Shown here piece after piece: positions 1 through 10,523 of a stretch of DNA of 64,000 nt. Source of the stretch: a virus. The stretch covers positions 4,888 to 68,887 of IMG/VR virus record IMGVR_UViG_3300023174_004352. The stretch is one strand, 5' to 3'. The notes under the pieces are model-generated. The model did not search any database, had not been told where the DNA came from, and was given only the letters and a program-made list of their open reading frames with translations. Both the position numbers and the translations under genes were made by a program. The stretch's first letter is position 1. The number at the start of each line of letters is the position of its first letter.

Positions 1-3000
1 TACGACTGTTCCTGTTCGAGCATTTCCTCCCGCTGAAACAGCAACACCTGGTATGTGGCTAGTTATTAGTAAATCGCCCTTAGCAATTTTTCCTGCAACT
101 TTACAAGGTACACGACCTTGCAATGCTATAAGGTTCTTGTCACCTGGGCAAGCACCGTACATTGAATATGCAGCAGTATCACTGACCACGCCCGCAATTC
201 TATGATCTTCTTTAGCAGTTGCAATTGTTACTTCCTTGTCCCCACCAAATACCAGCACAGTTCCTACTTCATATTCTTTATCGCCTTCGTAGTACTCAGC
301 TAGGTCAGCGGAGTATGTGGCCTGCATTCTTGAACCTGCACCGTTTAATGTCCAACGACCAGTTATGGTAGCATTTGTTGTAGCAGATCCTGCTGTGATA
401 GCAGTGACCTGGATACTAGATGCTGTAATTGGAGCAGGGTTGAAACCGTCCTGAGTTCTAAACGAGTGAGCGTTGTTATCGTAGTAGGTGGTTTTATCAG
501 CAGCCAGGGTACCGTCACCAATCAACACACCTCCGTTACCGTTCCAACCATAAACACGAGTTGAGCCGCCAGTTGCGGATGACACACGGGCAAGTGTTAG
601 AACGCCTGCCGAATCGGTGATCAATTTCAATTTAATGTCTTGAAGTGTAAGTGTTCTTGATGCAAAGTCACCGTTACTGTCTCTGCGTACAAGTGTACTT
701 GCTGTATTATTAGAATCGTCTGAAATCAAAGCATAGTCACTATCTGCTACTGCGCTAGATGTGTTGACACGTTTTAGAATACCTGCTCCAGCATTGTATT
801 GACTCTTTTTAATTGCCAGTCCACCGTCAACAATGTTGGCATACGAGACTGTGGTAATGTTATCAGTGGTAACTGAGTTATTACCTAATACAGATTTTTG
901 TGCAATCTGCGCAATCTTACTTGTGGCAATTCCGTTATCTTTTATTGTAGCCCAGCCGTTGGTAACATCAAATTGGCCGCTGTCAAAACTTGCAAGACCT
1001 CTGTCAGCTTGTGTGATGCCAGTGGCATTGACTCTGCCAGTGGCAGCATTTAATGTCAGCTTACTTTGTGCAATAGCAGCAGATGCGTTGATATCAGCAT
1101 TGACAATAGTACCGGCAACAATTTGAGCACTCAATTGACGAGTCGACGGATTCAATGTTAGCGTAATGTCACCAGTTACAGTAGCATTGATGGCATTATT
1201 TCCAGTGCCTGTAAATGCTATTAGATCAGCAGATCCAATGCTGGTAATAGTAAATTCTTGCAAATTGCTAAATGTTAAACTTCGTAAGTTGACTGCATCG
1301 GTTGGAGCAACAGGATTAGCCACGTTAGAAATTACATTGCTACCAAGATCCAAAATACCTTTCATCGGTAGCTGGCCATCTAATGCCAAGAATCCTCCGG
1401 TAAATGCTGGAATTAAATTAGTGGCAGTTATAGGAACGCCAGTGTGACTTAGTCCCAGTCTACGTTCAACGTAGGTACGTGTTGCATTTTCAGTTGGTAC
1501 CGTATCAGTTGCGTTGTCTGACATTGCTGAGTCTGTGGAGAATTCAGCAATAGGAACACCTCGTTTAAATCCTAGTCCGTCTAAGTTACTTAGAGCAATC
1601 GCCGCTGCAAATGTAACACGACCAGTACCTTGGTCAACTCGGAAATACGGTCCAACGTTAAAGTTACCAAATTGGTCAGTGGTCACATAGAACACACGAC
1701 CTGATCCACGCTCTTGTGTTTCTGCCGCAGCATTTAATGGATTTACAGCAGCACCATAAATTTCATTTGGATAGTTAGTGTCGGCGTATGATCCAGTACC
1801 AATTTCTAGTAAGTCATGACCAGTAACACGAGTCAACGAAATACGAATAGTCAATGTACCTGCGGCACCTGCCGTTCTCTTTGGCACAGCAGATTTTAGT
1901 GAAGGTGAAGATCCAAATGCAACAACACTGTATTCTAATGGTTTGTCCAGAGTCAATCGAGCATAGGCAGCACCTGTGACTGTTTCGTCTTGATAGCCAG
2001 TTACAACGTATTCTGTACCTACCCAAACTAATTTTGTTCCTATGATCCTAGATTTGTCCGTAGGACCAACTGGCACAACAGCAAAGTTAGTATCGCCAAC
2101 ACGGCCCTTTACTCTACCATAATAAATTGTTCCACTTGCAGAACCAGATGTACCAATAACAGTACCGCCTGGTGTTAAACTAATTTGGAAACTGTTTGCA
2201 GTATAGCCTGTAGAAATAACAAAATAATGTCTAGTGTCGACCATACCAGTTGGTAGTGTACCACCAACACTTGAGAATTTAATTGCATCTCCTACACTTA
2301 GTCCATGGCCGGTAACGTTGATCACTGTGGTTGTTGATACAGTAATAGTACACTGTATTGGCCCGCCAGTAAACACACCAGTCATTGTACCTGATGCATT
2401 AGTTACAGCTAGATTGGAACTGCCTAATGCTGTGCTAATGGCTATCTGCGGAGCAGGAGTTGCTGTACCTGTGGCAACAACACTCTGTTGAGTGATCGAT
2501 CCAGTGCCACCACTTGTATATGTGAATTGAACAGTACTTGCCGCTGTAATCACCACGTTGGCTTGATCAACAAGACTGGTGCCAGCTATAGTAACCAGTT
2601 GTCCAGAAGTCAACCCGTGTGCTTGAAGAGCTTGAACATAAGTTGGTGTAACGTTACTGTATGTGCCAGGGTTACTTGGATAGCTTAGTGTGATAGTTGT
2701 AATGGCTGCGGTAGTACCAGTAATGCTACCAGTGGCAGTCGACAAGGTGACGGTGCTGCCACTTACTATTCCTGTCTGTGTGGGGCTTACTGTAAATTGT
2801 GGCGCCGGTGTAGTATATGACCCTGACACTGATGTTGTATTGATGGTGCCTGCAACAACAGAAGTAAATGTAAACGAATTAGCACCGGTCACAGTAACCA
2901 ACACGTTGTTTTGATCAAGCAGGCCTGTGCCTGTAATGGACACAGTTTGGTTGCTTACTAAATTGTGCGCTACCACAGTAACAATGGTAGCAGTGGTGCT

Positions 3001-6000
3001 TGATCGAGCAACAGTACTGATCAATATTTGAGCAGTACTCACAACGCTACCTACCCAGTAAGTTGTAGCAGTTAGTCCACCAAGCGAGCCGCTCATGGTA
3101 ATTGGCTGACCAACCACAATACCACTGACGCTGTTTGCTGTGATCAAGTTGCTGGTAGTAGTTGTTGCACTGATTGATAGAGAAGCAACACCAGTTACTG
3201 TTACTGCGGTTGACAAGAAATTGCCGTTATATGCACTTGTAGTATTTCCGTAAACAGAGTAATATAATCCAACTACAGGAGTAGTAGATAATGTTGGCAA
3301 ACATAATGTTACAAGATACGGACCAGTTCCTGTTTTAGTAGCAAATGCACTGGCTGTTATTAGCGCACCTGTACCAGTGTTTACCGTTACTGTGTTTGAA
3401 GTTCTAGAAACGTTGGCAATAGTTTGAGCTGCGGTGTTTGATACAAATGTTGTATAATACTGAGTGCTATTAGATATACTTCCAAAACTAGTGCCAGAAA
3501 AATTAGCTCTCATTCCAGTCTGGATACCTACGACTGACGCTAGAGTAATATAGCTGCCTGTAGCATACGAGTTTGTAGCTGTGGTAGATTTAGATGCATA
3601 CTCGTTGGCCTGCCAGATTGTGATATCGACATAGTTGTAGTTCTCACGCAATGTGGTTCTTGCAAGACCGTATGCGTAATAAGACAATGTTCCCGAACCT
3701 GCAACAGTGACCGCAATAGGATTACCGTTTTTAGAAGTAGAGACTCTAAATTGATTGGTAGTTAGCCCGCTTTCAATAACATAATATGAAACGGTAGCGG
3801 AAATGCCAGTTGGTAATGTTCCAGTAGATACAAATCTAATAATGTAGTTTGCCAGTAGTCCGTGTGCCGATACTGTGGAAAACACCGCAGGGTTCGCAAC
3901 GGTTACTGTAACAGTGGTGTTGGCCGCTGGATCAGTGTACGCACTAAATTGCAATACGCGATATACTTCACTAGATTCATTTAGTAACAGCGCAGTAGAT
4001 GGACGAGTAGCAACTTCAACAACGTCGCCAGTTAGTACTACCTGTGAATTTGATCTAATGGTTACCTTGGTAGCATCAGGAATAACATAAACTAGACCTG
4101 CTGAGGTAGTATTACCGGTAGCAGAAATATTGATTTTAGCAACACCTGCAGGGAGATCAGCAGTACTGACAGAGTTTACTGAATATCTATAAAGATTTCC
4201 ATCGCTGTGGATAACCTCTAATTCTCCGTTATCCAACGGTACATAGGTGTAGTTGTTGACATACAATGACAGTCCGCCTGATGTGTTTGCATAAGCCGGC
4301 GCAGGAGAATAAACAGTAGCACCTTGCGACATATCATGGTATAGTGTAACCGGTGTAGGAATTTCTAGTGGGTCACTTCCTTCAGCAACCAGAGCATACA
4401 CACCGTGAGCACTTGAACCTGCAATACTACGAATTTGTCCACCATTCAATGAATAGTAAGAAATGTAACAGTAGTAGGTAAACATTGACACAGCTTCAGT
4501 CAATCCGCCGTTAGTTACCACTAGTCCGTAGCCCATGTCGTTGATCTGTGTGTAGTCATTGGACAACATAGATCTGTTACCTGGCATCAATACTTCGTAT
4601 ACTCGATCAAAACTAATTGTGCCGCTACCAGTTGTTGTAATTTCTATACCAGTTAGCGATCCAGGTGTGTCAGTAATTTTAAAACTGTTTGGCCCAAAGT
4701 CTGTAGCAATAACATAATATTGTTTATTGGCTATCAACGGAGCAGGCAATGTTCCTGTGCTACTGAATATTATAGTGGCACCAATTTGTAAGTAGTGGCT
4801 AGCACAAGTGAATACGCTTGGAGCACCTAGTGAAACAGAAACAGCTCTTAGACCAACAGGATATGTAAATGGTGTTACTTCGTCAAGAACAAATTGTGCA
4901 GTAGAACCACTTGGACTAAATGTATAATCTCGAACGTAGTTGATACGATATACTGCATCGTTTACAATAAAGCTGGCTGGCAGATTTGGAAATCTATCTA
5001 GCCCAGTAACTCTAAAACGTGTATTACTAGCCACTGAGTTTACGATAACTCTTTCACTGATTTTAAATTGCAAGTTACCAGTAAAGCCGTCAACAAACAT
5101 ACCACCCGCAAATCGTTGTCTACCAGTACTCTTTGAGAATGATGCACACTCTTGTGCATAAGGTGATTTGGCAAGAATTTGACCCGCCGGATCAAGCACC
5201 ATCATGAAGCCGCCTTGGCCTTGTGCAGTGACCCTTCTTAGGATAACAGCATCGTTACAAAGGAACACGTCAAGTTGATCGTTGTCTTTTGGATAGTTTA
5301 CACTATTCGAGTTGCTGATAACATCAACAATAGCAGAAACTAACGAAGTTATAACTGCGCCGGATCCTGTTTCTGCCGTATATGCAAGATCAATGGTTTG
5401 ACTTCTAAGAGTATTATACACAGGATCAATGGCAGTGTTTCCAATAACCTGTTGCGCCAAGAAATCAATATAATTGATTGCGGCCACAGTTTGAGATAAT
5501 TGAACTCCAATTGCAACAGAAGGATCTCCAAGAGAGCTGATAGGTCCTTTATATTTTAATGCCGCTGATATAGTTCTATTAAATCCACCATATTTTAAAT
5601 CATAGATAATAGAATCAACAATCAAACCAACGTCACGTTTACATAAATCTGAATTGTAGGTAAATGCACTATTGAAAGGTGATGAGTTTGTGGCAACTTT
5701 GTGTGCGATCCATGCGATTACTTCTTCTTGCATGAATTCTTTGTTTAAAGATACTAACTCTGCGGTCGATGTGTAAAATCCTTTATTGTTGACTATTGGA
5801 TAAACCGGTTGTGTGCTGTCACTTAGATAGTGATATCCAAATAATTGAGAGGCCGTAGTCAACCCGTCAAACGTCATTTCTCTTCTAAATTTTTGGAATA
5901 CCCATGGACTTGAACTAGTACCAATTCGTGGTCTAATAAGAACACGTCTAAATTCGTCACCAATCAACGCAACGTTTTGCGGAATCTTGATAGGAAAGTT

Positions 6001-7644
6001 TTCTTCGTAGGTGCCGCTTTCTACAAACACAGTTAGCTGAATGTTTTTAGTTACATCACCGTAGGATATAATTTCGCCTATCTCAAATCGACCGTATTTG
6101 ATGTCAACGTCAAAAATTTCATCGTTGCCATCAAGGTCGCCCTGATGCGCTAAGATTTGTGCCAATGCACCCGAAGTCTCGCCTCGTAAGAATAATCCTT
6201 CTCTTATGTCCCTTGCTCTAGTAGCAATAGCACTTGGATTAGTCACATCGCCAGTAAAGTCTGTTCTAAGGCCTGCGGTGTAAATTTTAAATCTTGGTAA
6301 GTCTACTGTTACAGTAGGTAGTGCTGAAAACCCTGTTCCTTTATCTGTAATAGTGATTCCAGTAATTGCACCGTTAGATACATTGGCAGTACCAAATGCT
6401 CCTGAACCTGTTAAATCCCCAACGCCATTAGTAATTCGAACAGAAACTAAACCAAAGTCTTGTCCGCCATTAGTAACTGTAATATTGTTTACTTTGTAAG
6501 TTACATCAAACTTTGCACCAGTACCAAAGGCACTGTTAGAAGTTGTTGGTATTGCTGTGCTTCCAGGCAAAGTTTCATATACACCGGAAGATATAATTTT
6601 AAATGTAATAACACCGCCTGGGTTGCCAGCAGTTGATAATACTTCGACCGTAGTCTTTACACCAACACCGCCGTTCAATTGGATTTGATCACCCACTTGG
6701 TAGTTAGTACCACGAGACGATATTGTAATAGTATCAACACTCATGAATACTTTACCGATGAATCCTGATCCCGAATCTGGCGAAGTAGAAATACTAGATA
6801 GTTCGCATTGGAATTGTCCGTTAGCGTAGGTCAATACTTTCTTGTAAGGACCCATCTCTACACGGCTTTCGTTGACCAATTCCTCTGCACGTTTCATTGC
6901 TGCTTCGATGGTTCGATAAGCATAGGCTAACGCACGGCCCTGCAACGCAGGACTTACACCAGGACGCTCGTCTGCACCCGAAGTTGCTACATATAAGTTT
7001 GCAACAGATCCAAAGGCACTATTGTCAACATAGCGTTTGGTAGCAGCGATTAGGCCATCATAAACAATGTCGTCTTCGGGTTCCGGATCTCGCGATAAAA
7101 TCAACGGTCCGGTCATTGTTCCAAAATCTGGGTTAGTAGTTTGTGTTCTTGGATCTACAGCATTGACACCAGCACGAGAAATTTTAGTATCTGCATAGAA
7201 TTTGTTTACAGCTTCGTGCTGGTATAGTGGCAATAATGGTGCACCGGTAGTGCCCATATCAATGATTCTATATTGTACAGCACCACTTCGTGTTCGTAGA
7301 TTACCACCTAATTTTGGATTAGGGTCGCCGGAAATTTCAGCAAACAATGTGCTAATTGCAAGCTCGTTTGGATTGGTAATGGTATCTAATTGAATACCTG
7401 TACCAGCTTTAATCTGCTTAAATTGCAGTCCTGTTTCAGTGTTGTTTACTGTTAGGAAAGCGTTTTCTTGACCTACATAGGAACTAGGAGTATCGTCTAG
7501 ACCTTTAAATGTAAGTTTGTCGCCTAAGCCTAACGAGCTGTATAGCTCACGGAAGTTGTCGTTTACTTTTCTAAACGAGTCGCGAATGCTGTCGCCTGTG
7601 CCGTCGTTGCCTACCGCACCTATATCAATGATTTTTCTTGCCAT
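1..7644 (-). CDS. Giant virion structural/tail protein, >2,548 aa, runs off the left window edge
   Basis: ATG at 7644 gives MARKIIDIGAVGNDGTGDSIRDSFRKVNDNFRELY (T4 gp9/gp10-like N-terminal baseplate motif). The same frame near position 1 reads YSADLAEYYEGD...LQGRVPCKVAGKIAKGDLLITS (C-terminal intramolecular-chaperone-like domain). Absence from the ORF track implies no in-window stop. TAAATA box upstream at 7675-7680. Confidence 0.88.
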   Translation of the reverse strand, partial: MARKIIDIGAVGNDGTGDSIRDSFRKVNDNFRELYSSLGLGDKLTFKGLDDTPSSYVGQENAFLTVNNTETGLQFKQIKAGTGIQLDTITNPNELAISTLFAEISGDPNPKLGGNLRTRSGAVQYRIIDMGTTGAPLLPLYQHEAVNKFYADTKISRAGVNAVDPRTQTTNPDFGTMTGPLILSRDPEPEDDIVYDGLIAATKRYVDNSAFGSVANLYVATSGADERPGVSPALQGRALAYAYRTIEAAMKRAEELVNESRVEMGPYKKVLTYANGQFQCELSSISTSPDSGSGFIGKVFMSVDTITISSRGTNYQVGDQIQLNGGVGVKTTVEVLSTAGNPGGVITFKIISSGVYETLPGSTAIPTTSNSAFGTGAKFDVTYKVNNITVTNGGQDFGLVSVRITNGVGDLTGSGAFGTANVSNGAITGITITDKGTGFSALPTVTVDLPRFKIYTAGLRTDFTGDVTNPSAIATRARDIREGLFLRGETSGALAQILAHQGDLDGNDEIFDVDIKYGRFEIGEIISYGDVTKNIQLTVFVESGTYEENFPIKIPQNVALIGDEFRRVLIRPRIGTSSSPWVFQKFRREMTFDGLTTASQLFGYHYLSDSTQPVYPIVNNKGFYTSTAELVSLNKEFMQEEVIAWIAHKVATNSSPFNSAFTYNSDLCKRDVGLIVDSIIYDLKYGGFNRTISAALKYKGPISSLGDPSVAIGVQLSQTVAAINYIDFLAQQVIGNTAIDPVYNTLRSQTIDLAYTAETGSGAVITSLVSAIVDVISNSNSVNYPKDNDQLDVFLCNDAVILRRVTAQGQGGFMMVLDPAGQILAKSPYAQECASFSKSTGRQRFAGGMFVDGFTGNLQFKISERVIVNSVASNTRFRVTGLDRFPNLPASFIVNDAVYRINYVRDYTFSPSGSTAQFVLDEVTPFTYPVGLRAVSVSLGAPSVFTCASHYLQIGATIIFSSTGTLPAPLIANKQYYVIATDFGPNSFKITDTPGSLTGIEITTTGSGTISFDRVYEVLMPGNRSMLSNDYTQINDMGYGLVVTNGGLTEAVSMFTYYCYISYYSLNGGQIRSIAGSSAHGVYALVAEGSDPLEIPTPVTLYHDMSQGATVYSPAPAYANTSGGLSLYVNNYTYVPLDNGELEVIHSDGNLYRYSVNSVSTADLPAGVAKINISATGNTTSAGLVYVIPDATKVTIRSNSQVVLTGDVVEVATRPSTALLLNESSEVYRVLQFSAYTDPAANTTVTVTVANPAVFSTVSAHGLLANYIIRFVSTGTLPTGISATVSYYVIESGLTTNQFRVSTSKNGNPIAVTVAGSGTLSYYAYGLARTTLRENYNYVDITIWQANEYASKSTTATNSYATGSYITLASVVGIQTGMRANFSGTSFGSISNSTQYYTTFVSNTAAQTIANVSRTSNTVTVNTGTGALITASAFATKTGTGPYLVTLCLPTLSTTPVVGLYYSVYGNTTSAYNGNFLSTAVTVTGVASLSISATTTTSNLITANSVSGIVVGQPITMSGSLGGLTATTYWVGSVVSTAQILISTVARSSTTATIVTVVAHNLVSNQTVSITGTGLLDQNNVLVTVTGANSFTFTSVVAGTINTTSVSGSYTTPAPQFTVSPTQTGIVSGSTVTLSTATGSITGTTAAITTITLSYPSNPGTYSNVTPTYVQALQAHGLTSGQLVTIAGTSLVDQANVVITAASTVQFTYTSGGTGSITQQSVVATGTATPAPQIAISTALGSSNLAVTNASGTMTGVFTGGPIQCTITVSTTTVINVTGHGLSVGDAIKFSSVGGTLPTGMVDTRHYFVISTGYTANSFQISLTPGGTVIGTSGSASGTIYYGRVKGRVGDTNFAVVPVGPTDKSRIIGTKLVWVGTEYVVTGYQDETVTGAAYARLTLDKPLEYSVVAFGSSPSLKSAVPKRTAGAAGTLTIRISLTRVTGHDLLEIGTGSYADTNYPNEIYGAAVNPLNAAAETQERGSGRVFYVTTDQFGNFNVGPYFRVDQGTGRVTFAAAIALSNLDGLGFKRGVPIAEFSTDSAMSDNATDTVPTENATRTYVERRLGLSHTGVPITATNLIPAFTGGFLALDGQLPMKGILDLGSNVISNVANPVAPTDAVNLRSLTFSNLQEFTITSIGSADLIAFTGTGNNAINATVTGDITLTLNPSTRQLSAQIVAGTIVNADINASAAIAQSKLTLNAATGRVNATGITQADRGLASFDSGQFDVTNGWATIKDNGIATSKIAQIAQKSVLGNNSVTTDNITTVSYANIVDGGLAIKKSQYNAGAGILKRVNTSSAVADSDYALISDDSNNTASTLVRRDSNGDFASRTLTLQDIKLKLITDSAGVLTLARVSSATGGSTRVYGWNGNGGVLIGDGTLAADKTTYYDNNAHSFRTQDGFNPAPITASSIQVTAITAGSATTNATITGRWTLNGAGSRMQATYSADLAEYYEGDKEYEVGTVLVFGGDKEVTIATAKEDHRIAGVVSDTAAYSMYGACPGDKNLIALQGRVPCKVAGKIAKGDLLITSHIPGVAVSAGGNARTGTVV

Positions 7645-7714
7645 GATCCGTCCCAGTTAAATGGTTTCAACTAATATTTAGCCCAAAATTTTATAAGCCT
7701 AATGTAAATACTAG

Positions 7715-8002
7715 ATGTTTTTAAGAACAATGACAGAAATATTTGAGTATCAACGTCCTAGTAAGCTGGGCATTGTACACTCGTATTCAAGAAAAAAAAC
7801 TGTGGCTGTGTTTCGTTGCGACAGTTGCGATGCTTTATTTGATAGAGAATTAAAAAAAGTACAAAAGAAACGTTTGAGTAATAACTATTTCCATTGCTGT
7901 TCAAATTGTGATGCCAAGCGATTTGCACAACGTAAAGGAATAGAACGCAAGAAAATTTGGGATATGCCGGCTAGTACTGAATTGCCTGTAGGAAAATACT
8001 AA
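7715..8002 (+). CDS. Small Cys-rich (zinc-ribbon-like) protein
   Basis: CDSC...CCSNC motifs; TAAATA-N4-ATG start. Confidence 0.65.
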   Translation: MFLRTMTEIFEYQRPSKLGIVHSYSRKKTVAVFRCDSCDALFDRELKKVQKKRLSNNYFHCCSNCDAKRFAQRKGIERKKIWDMPASTELPVGKY

Positions 8003-8325
8003 ACTCTAAAACTTTCGCCACACCCACAGCGATCACGTTCGTTTGGATTGACAAAGTCAAATCCTTCATTGAGTCCGTTGCGGACCCAATCTACAGTTAG
8101 CCCGTCTAAATAGGCTAAACTTTTAGCATCGACTAATAATACAAAGTCCGGATGGCCAAAATTAGTAACACCTACTTCGGCAGTATATTCGTCCACATAT
8201 TCAATAGTATATGCTAACCCACTACATCCAGTAGTTCGTACACCTAAACGGATGCCAACGCCCTTACCACGTTTTTCTAAATTTGTTTTTATCTTTTTAT
8301 ATGCTGCTTCAGTGACAGTAATCAT
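7999..8325 (-). CDS. iscA: A-type Fe-S cluster carrier IscA/HesB
   Basis: TTGCSGLAY and C-terminal RCGCGESF motifs. Confidence 0.95.
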   Translation of the reverse strand: MITVTEAAYKKIKTNLEKRGKGVGIRLGVRTTGCSGLAYTIEYVDEYTAEVGVTNFGHPDFVLLVDAKSLAYLDGLTVDWVRNGLNEGFDFVNPNERDRCGCGESFRV

Positions 8326-8882
8326 ACTTTTGCTAAACGATCATTGACCACATTCCAGTCAATAATCCGCCAAATATTTGTGAGATATTTTGCCTTGTCC
8401 TGTTGATAATCTAAAGCCCAAGCATGTTCCCACCAGTCTATCAGTAGTGCAATTTTCATATCTTTAGCGTATTCGTGATTGTGAATGATGTTTATCTTGC
8501 CAGCAGTATCCATATACAGCCATCCAGATCCTTGAATACTCATTGCTTCTTTTTCAAAAGCTTCTTTAAAACTATCAAAATTATTGTACCTGCTGTCTAT
8601 AATTTCTTTACTGAGCCCCGATGGTTTATTGGCTGCGATTGCCGGGGTCAAATTTCCAAAGAACAAATTGTGCAACATTGCACCGCCATAATTAAATTTG
8701 GCATCACCTTCGCCTGCATTATATCTTTCAAAGTACTTTTTAGCAAGCCCGCTAAAATGATAATTTAGAGTGTCTTCGCTCATAACAGGGGCTAGATCAG
8801 TTTTGTCAAACTTTAGCTTATCCTGTGTAATCTCTCGATTATCAGCGTTTTCTTTCAAGAATTTAATAAAATGTAAGGCCAT
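8322..8882 (-). CDS. sod: Fe/Mn superoxide dismutase
   Basis: LAPVMSEDTLNYH, LHNLFF, QGSGW and DWWEHAWALDY motifs. Confidence 0.92.
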   Translation of the reverse strand: MALHFIKFLKENADNREITQDKLKFDKTDLAPVMSEDTLNYHFSGLAKKYFERYNAGEGDAKFNYGGAMLHNLFFGNLTPAIAANKPSGLSKEIIDSRYNNFDSFKEAFEKEAMSIQGSGWLYMDTAGKINIIHNHEYAKDMKIALLIDWWEHAWALDYQQDKAKYLTNIWRIIDWNVVNDRLAKV

Positions 8883-8924
8883 ATCAATATTTAGTGTAAA
8901 TAAAACTCATAAGGAGATTTCGAC

Positions 8925-9185
8925 ATGATCGGATTTATTAAAAAACTATTTGGCTCTAAGCCAGCGGAAGTTGTTGCAGAAGTTCCATACAAGGTTGAAA
9001 CACCTGTAGTTGAAGCAGCACCTACTCCAGTAGCACAACAGGCAGCTGAAGCAGTTGTTAAAAGCATTGCTCCAACGGCACCTGCTAAAAAGGCTGCACC
9101 TAAGAAGCAACAGTTTGCTAAAAAACCTGCTGCTTCAAAGACTGCAAAGCCAAAAGCCCCAGCTAAGTCAAAGCCCAAGGCTTAA
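8925..9185 (+). CDS. Lys/Ala/Pro-rich histone-like protein
   Basis: KKAAPKK and KPKAPAKSKPKA low-complexity tail; AGGAG RBS and upstream TAAATA. Confidence 0.7.
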   Translation: MIGFIKKLFGSKPAEVVAEVPYKVETPVVEAAPTPVAQQAAEAVVKSIAPTAPAKKAAPKKQQFAKKPAASKTAKPKAPAKSKPKA

Positions 9186-10193
9186 AGACTGCTGATGAAG
9201 TGCAAAGCTGGCTAAGTTTTTAGCCTTGCTTTCGCACATGATGTCAAAGTCTTTTCGAAAACTCAAAGCCCATTCATTCGCTGCTGTATTCCAGTAGAAG
9301 TTTGAATGTGCTCTGAGTTTTTGTTTTTTGTATCCGCTTTCAATTAGCGAACCAAGATTGGGTAATTCGTGTCGGGGATGGTCAATAATAACATCTTCCC
9401 GTGAAACACTATAATGTATAACAGGGCGCACACCGCGCCAACTATCAATAATCCGTTTAACACGGTCATCACTCGCTTCAATATATTCTCCTGTGTGTAC
9501 CCAATGGTGGTGTATGTCTAGAACAAGAGCACAATCTTTCATTAGTTCAATGCTAGAATCGATACCCCATGTCATTTCGTCGTTTTCAATTGTAATACAA
9601 TTCCGGGCTTCGGGGGTAAGTCTTTTGATGGCAGCTTGTATGCCTGCGGGGCCGGCTCTACCCGATATGTGGACGTTGATCTTAAAGTCCTGAAAGGTGC
9701 GGCCATAACCCATCCATTTTGCCATATTAGCATGATATTCGAATTCCTCGATTGATCGTTCTACAATATCCGGATTATCGCTTGCAAGCACAGTAAACTG
9801 CCCAGGATGGAAAGACAACCTAACACCCCTCTCGCGAGCCAGATCTCCCACGGCTCCAAATCCTCTTTCGCAATATGCCCTAACATCGGGAATCCGCCAA
9901 AACCGGCTCCAAGATGGCTCAGTGAAAACAGGCAGGATATCGCTGCTGAGTCGTACCATTCTAAGATCTTCATGTTGCTCTCCTACTAGTTCTACTAGTT
10001 TACGAGTAGCTTCGATGTTACCTACCATTAGGTCCCATAGCTTTTGTTCGGCTACTTCCTTAGTCTGTCTATTTAACCAAGCCACAGTGGTGCTGCCAGT
10101 ATTATACTGTTTGCAGTTGTCTTTTTGTTTGATACCGTTTATCTGTGACGGGCCATCAATCCACTTACAGGCAAAGCCTATTTTTTTATGCAT
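9168..10193 (-). CDS. uvsE: UV DNA damage endonuclease
   Basis: IGFACK, RLSSDILP, RLSFHPGQF, IENDE, LDIHHHW, DIMCESKAK motifs. Confidence 0.93.
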   Translation of the reverse strand: MHKKIGFACKWIDGPSQINGIKQKDNCKQYNTGSTTVAWLNRQTKEVAEQKLWDLMVGNIEATRKLVELVGEQHEDLRMVRLSSDILPVFTEPSWSRFWRIPDVRAYCERGFGAVGDLARERGVRLSFHPGQFTVLASDNPDIVERSIEEFEYHANMAKWMGYGRTFQDFKINVHISGRAGPAGIQAAIKRLTPEARNCITIENDEMTWGIDSSIELMKDCALVLDIHHHWVHTGEYIEASDDRVKRIIDSWRGVRPVIHYSVSREDVIIDHPRHELPNLGSLIESGYKKQKLRAHSNFYWNTAANEWALSFRKDFDIMCESKAKNLASFALHQQSLSLGL

Positions 10194-10488
10194 TTTTTAC
10201 TTTCGCTGAAATCACATTGGCAATACGGAAGGATCGCCATTCCTTTTTATCTAAGCACCAAACATTTAGTACATCTGGGTTGATCTTCTTTTCTTTCTTA
10301 GGGGCAGGAAAGTCAATAGGGTTATCGGTGTTGGTAAAATGTGGAGCAGGAATAGGATCAGGAATAAACTCTGCCTTGAGTGTACAGGGCATTGATCGTA
10401 CCTCACCGTTGACTTTGGTAAACTCAACAATGCACTCATTTTCAAGAAGCAGAGTGCGTAATGCTTCGGGGGTAATAGTATTTGTCAT
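10186..10488 (-). CDS. DUF2693/WYL_2-like SH3/Sm-fold phage protein
   Basis: VEFTKVNGEVRSMPCTL...VWCLDKKEWRSFR pattern common in T4-like phages. Confidence 0.75.
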   Translation of the reverse strand: MTNTITPEALRTLLLENECIVEFTKVNGEVRSMPCTLKAEFIPDPIPAPHFTNTDNPIDFPAPKKEKKINPDVLNVWCLDKKEWRSFRIANVISAKVKNA

Positions 10489-10494
10489 ACTACT

Positions 10495-10523
10495 AGTATA
10501 ACATCATTACTGCCAGTTGTCAA
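10495..10523 (-). promoter_or_regulatory. sigma70-type promoter TTGACA-N17-TATACT, giving a probable leaderless transcript of the 10488 gene
   Basis: Hexamers read directly; ATG follows the -10 box after 6 nt. Confidence 0.8.

Noticed and set aside
833-7393. Short ORFs listed in the track within 1-7644
   Set aside because: Antisense or alternative-frame shadows of the giant minus-strand structural gene
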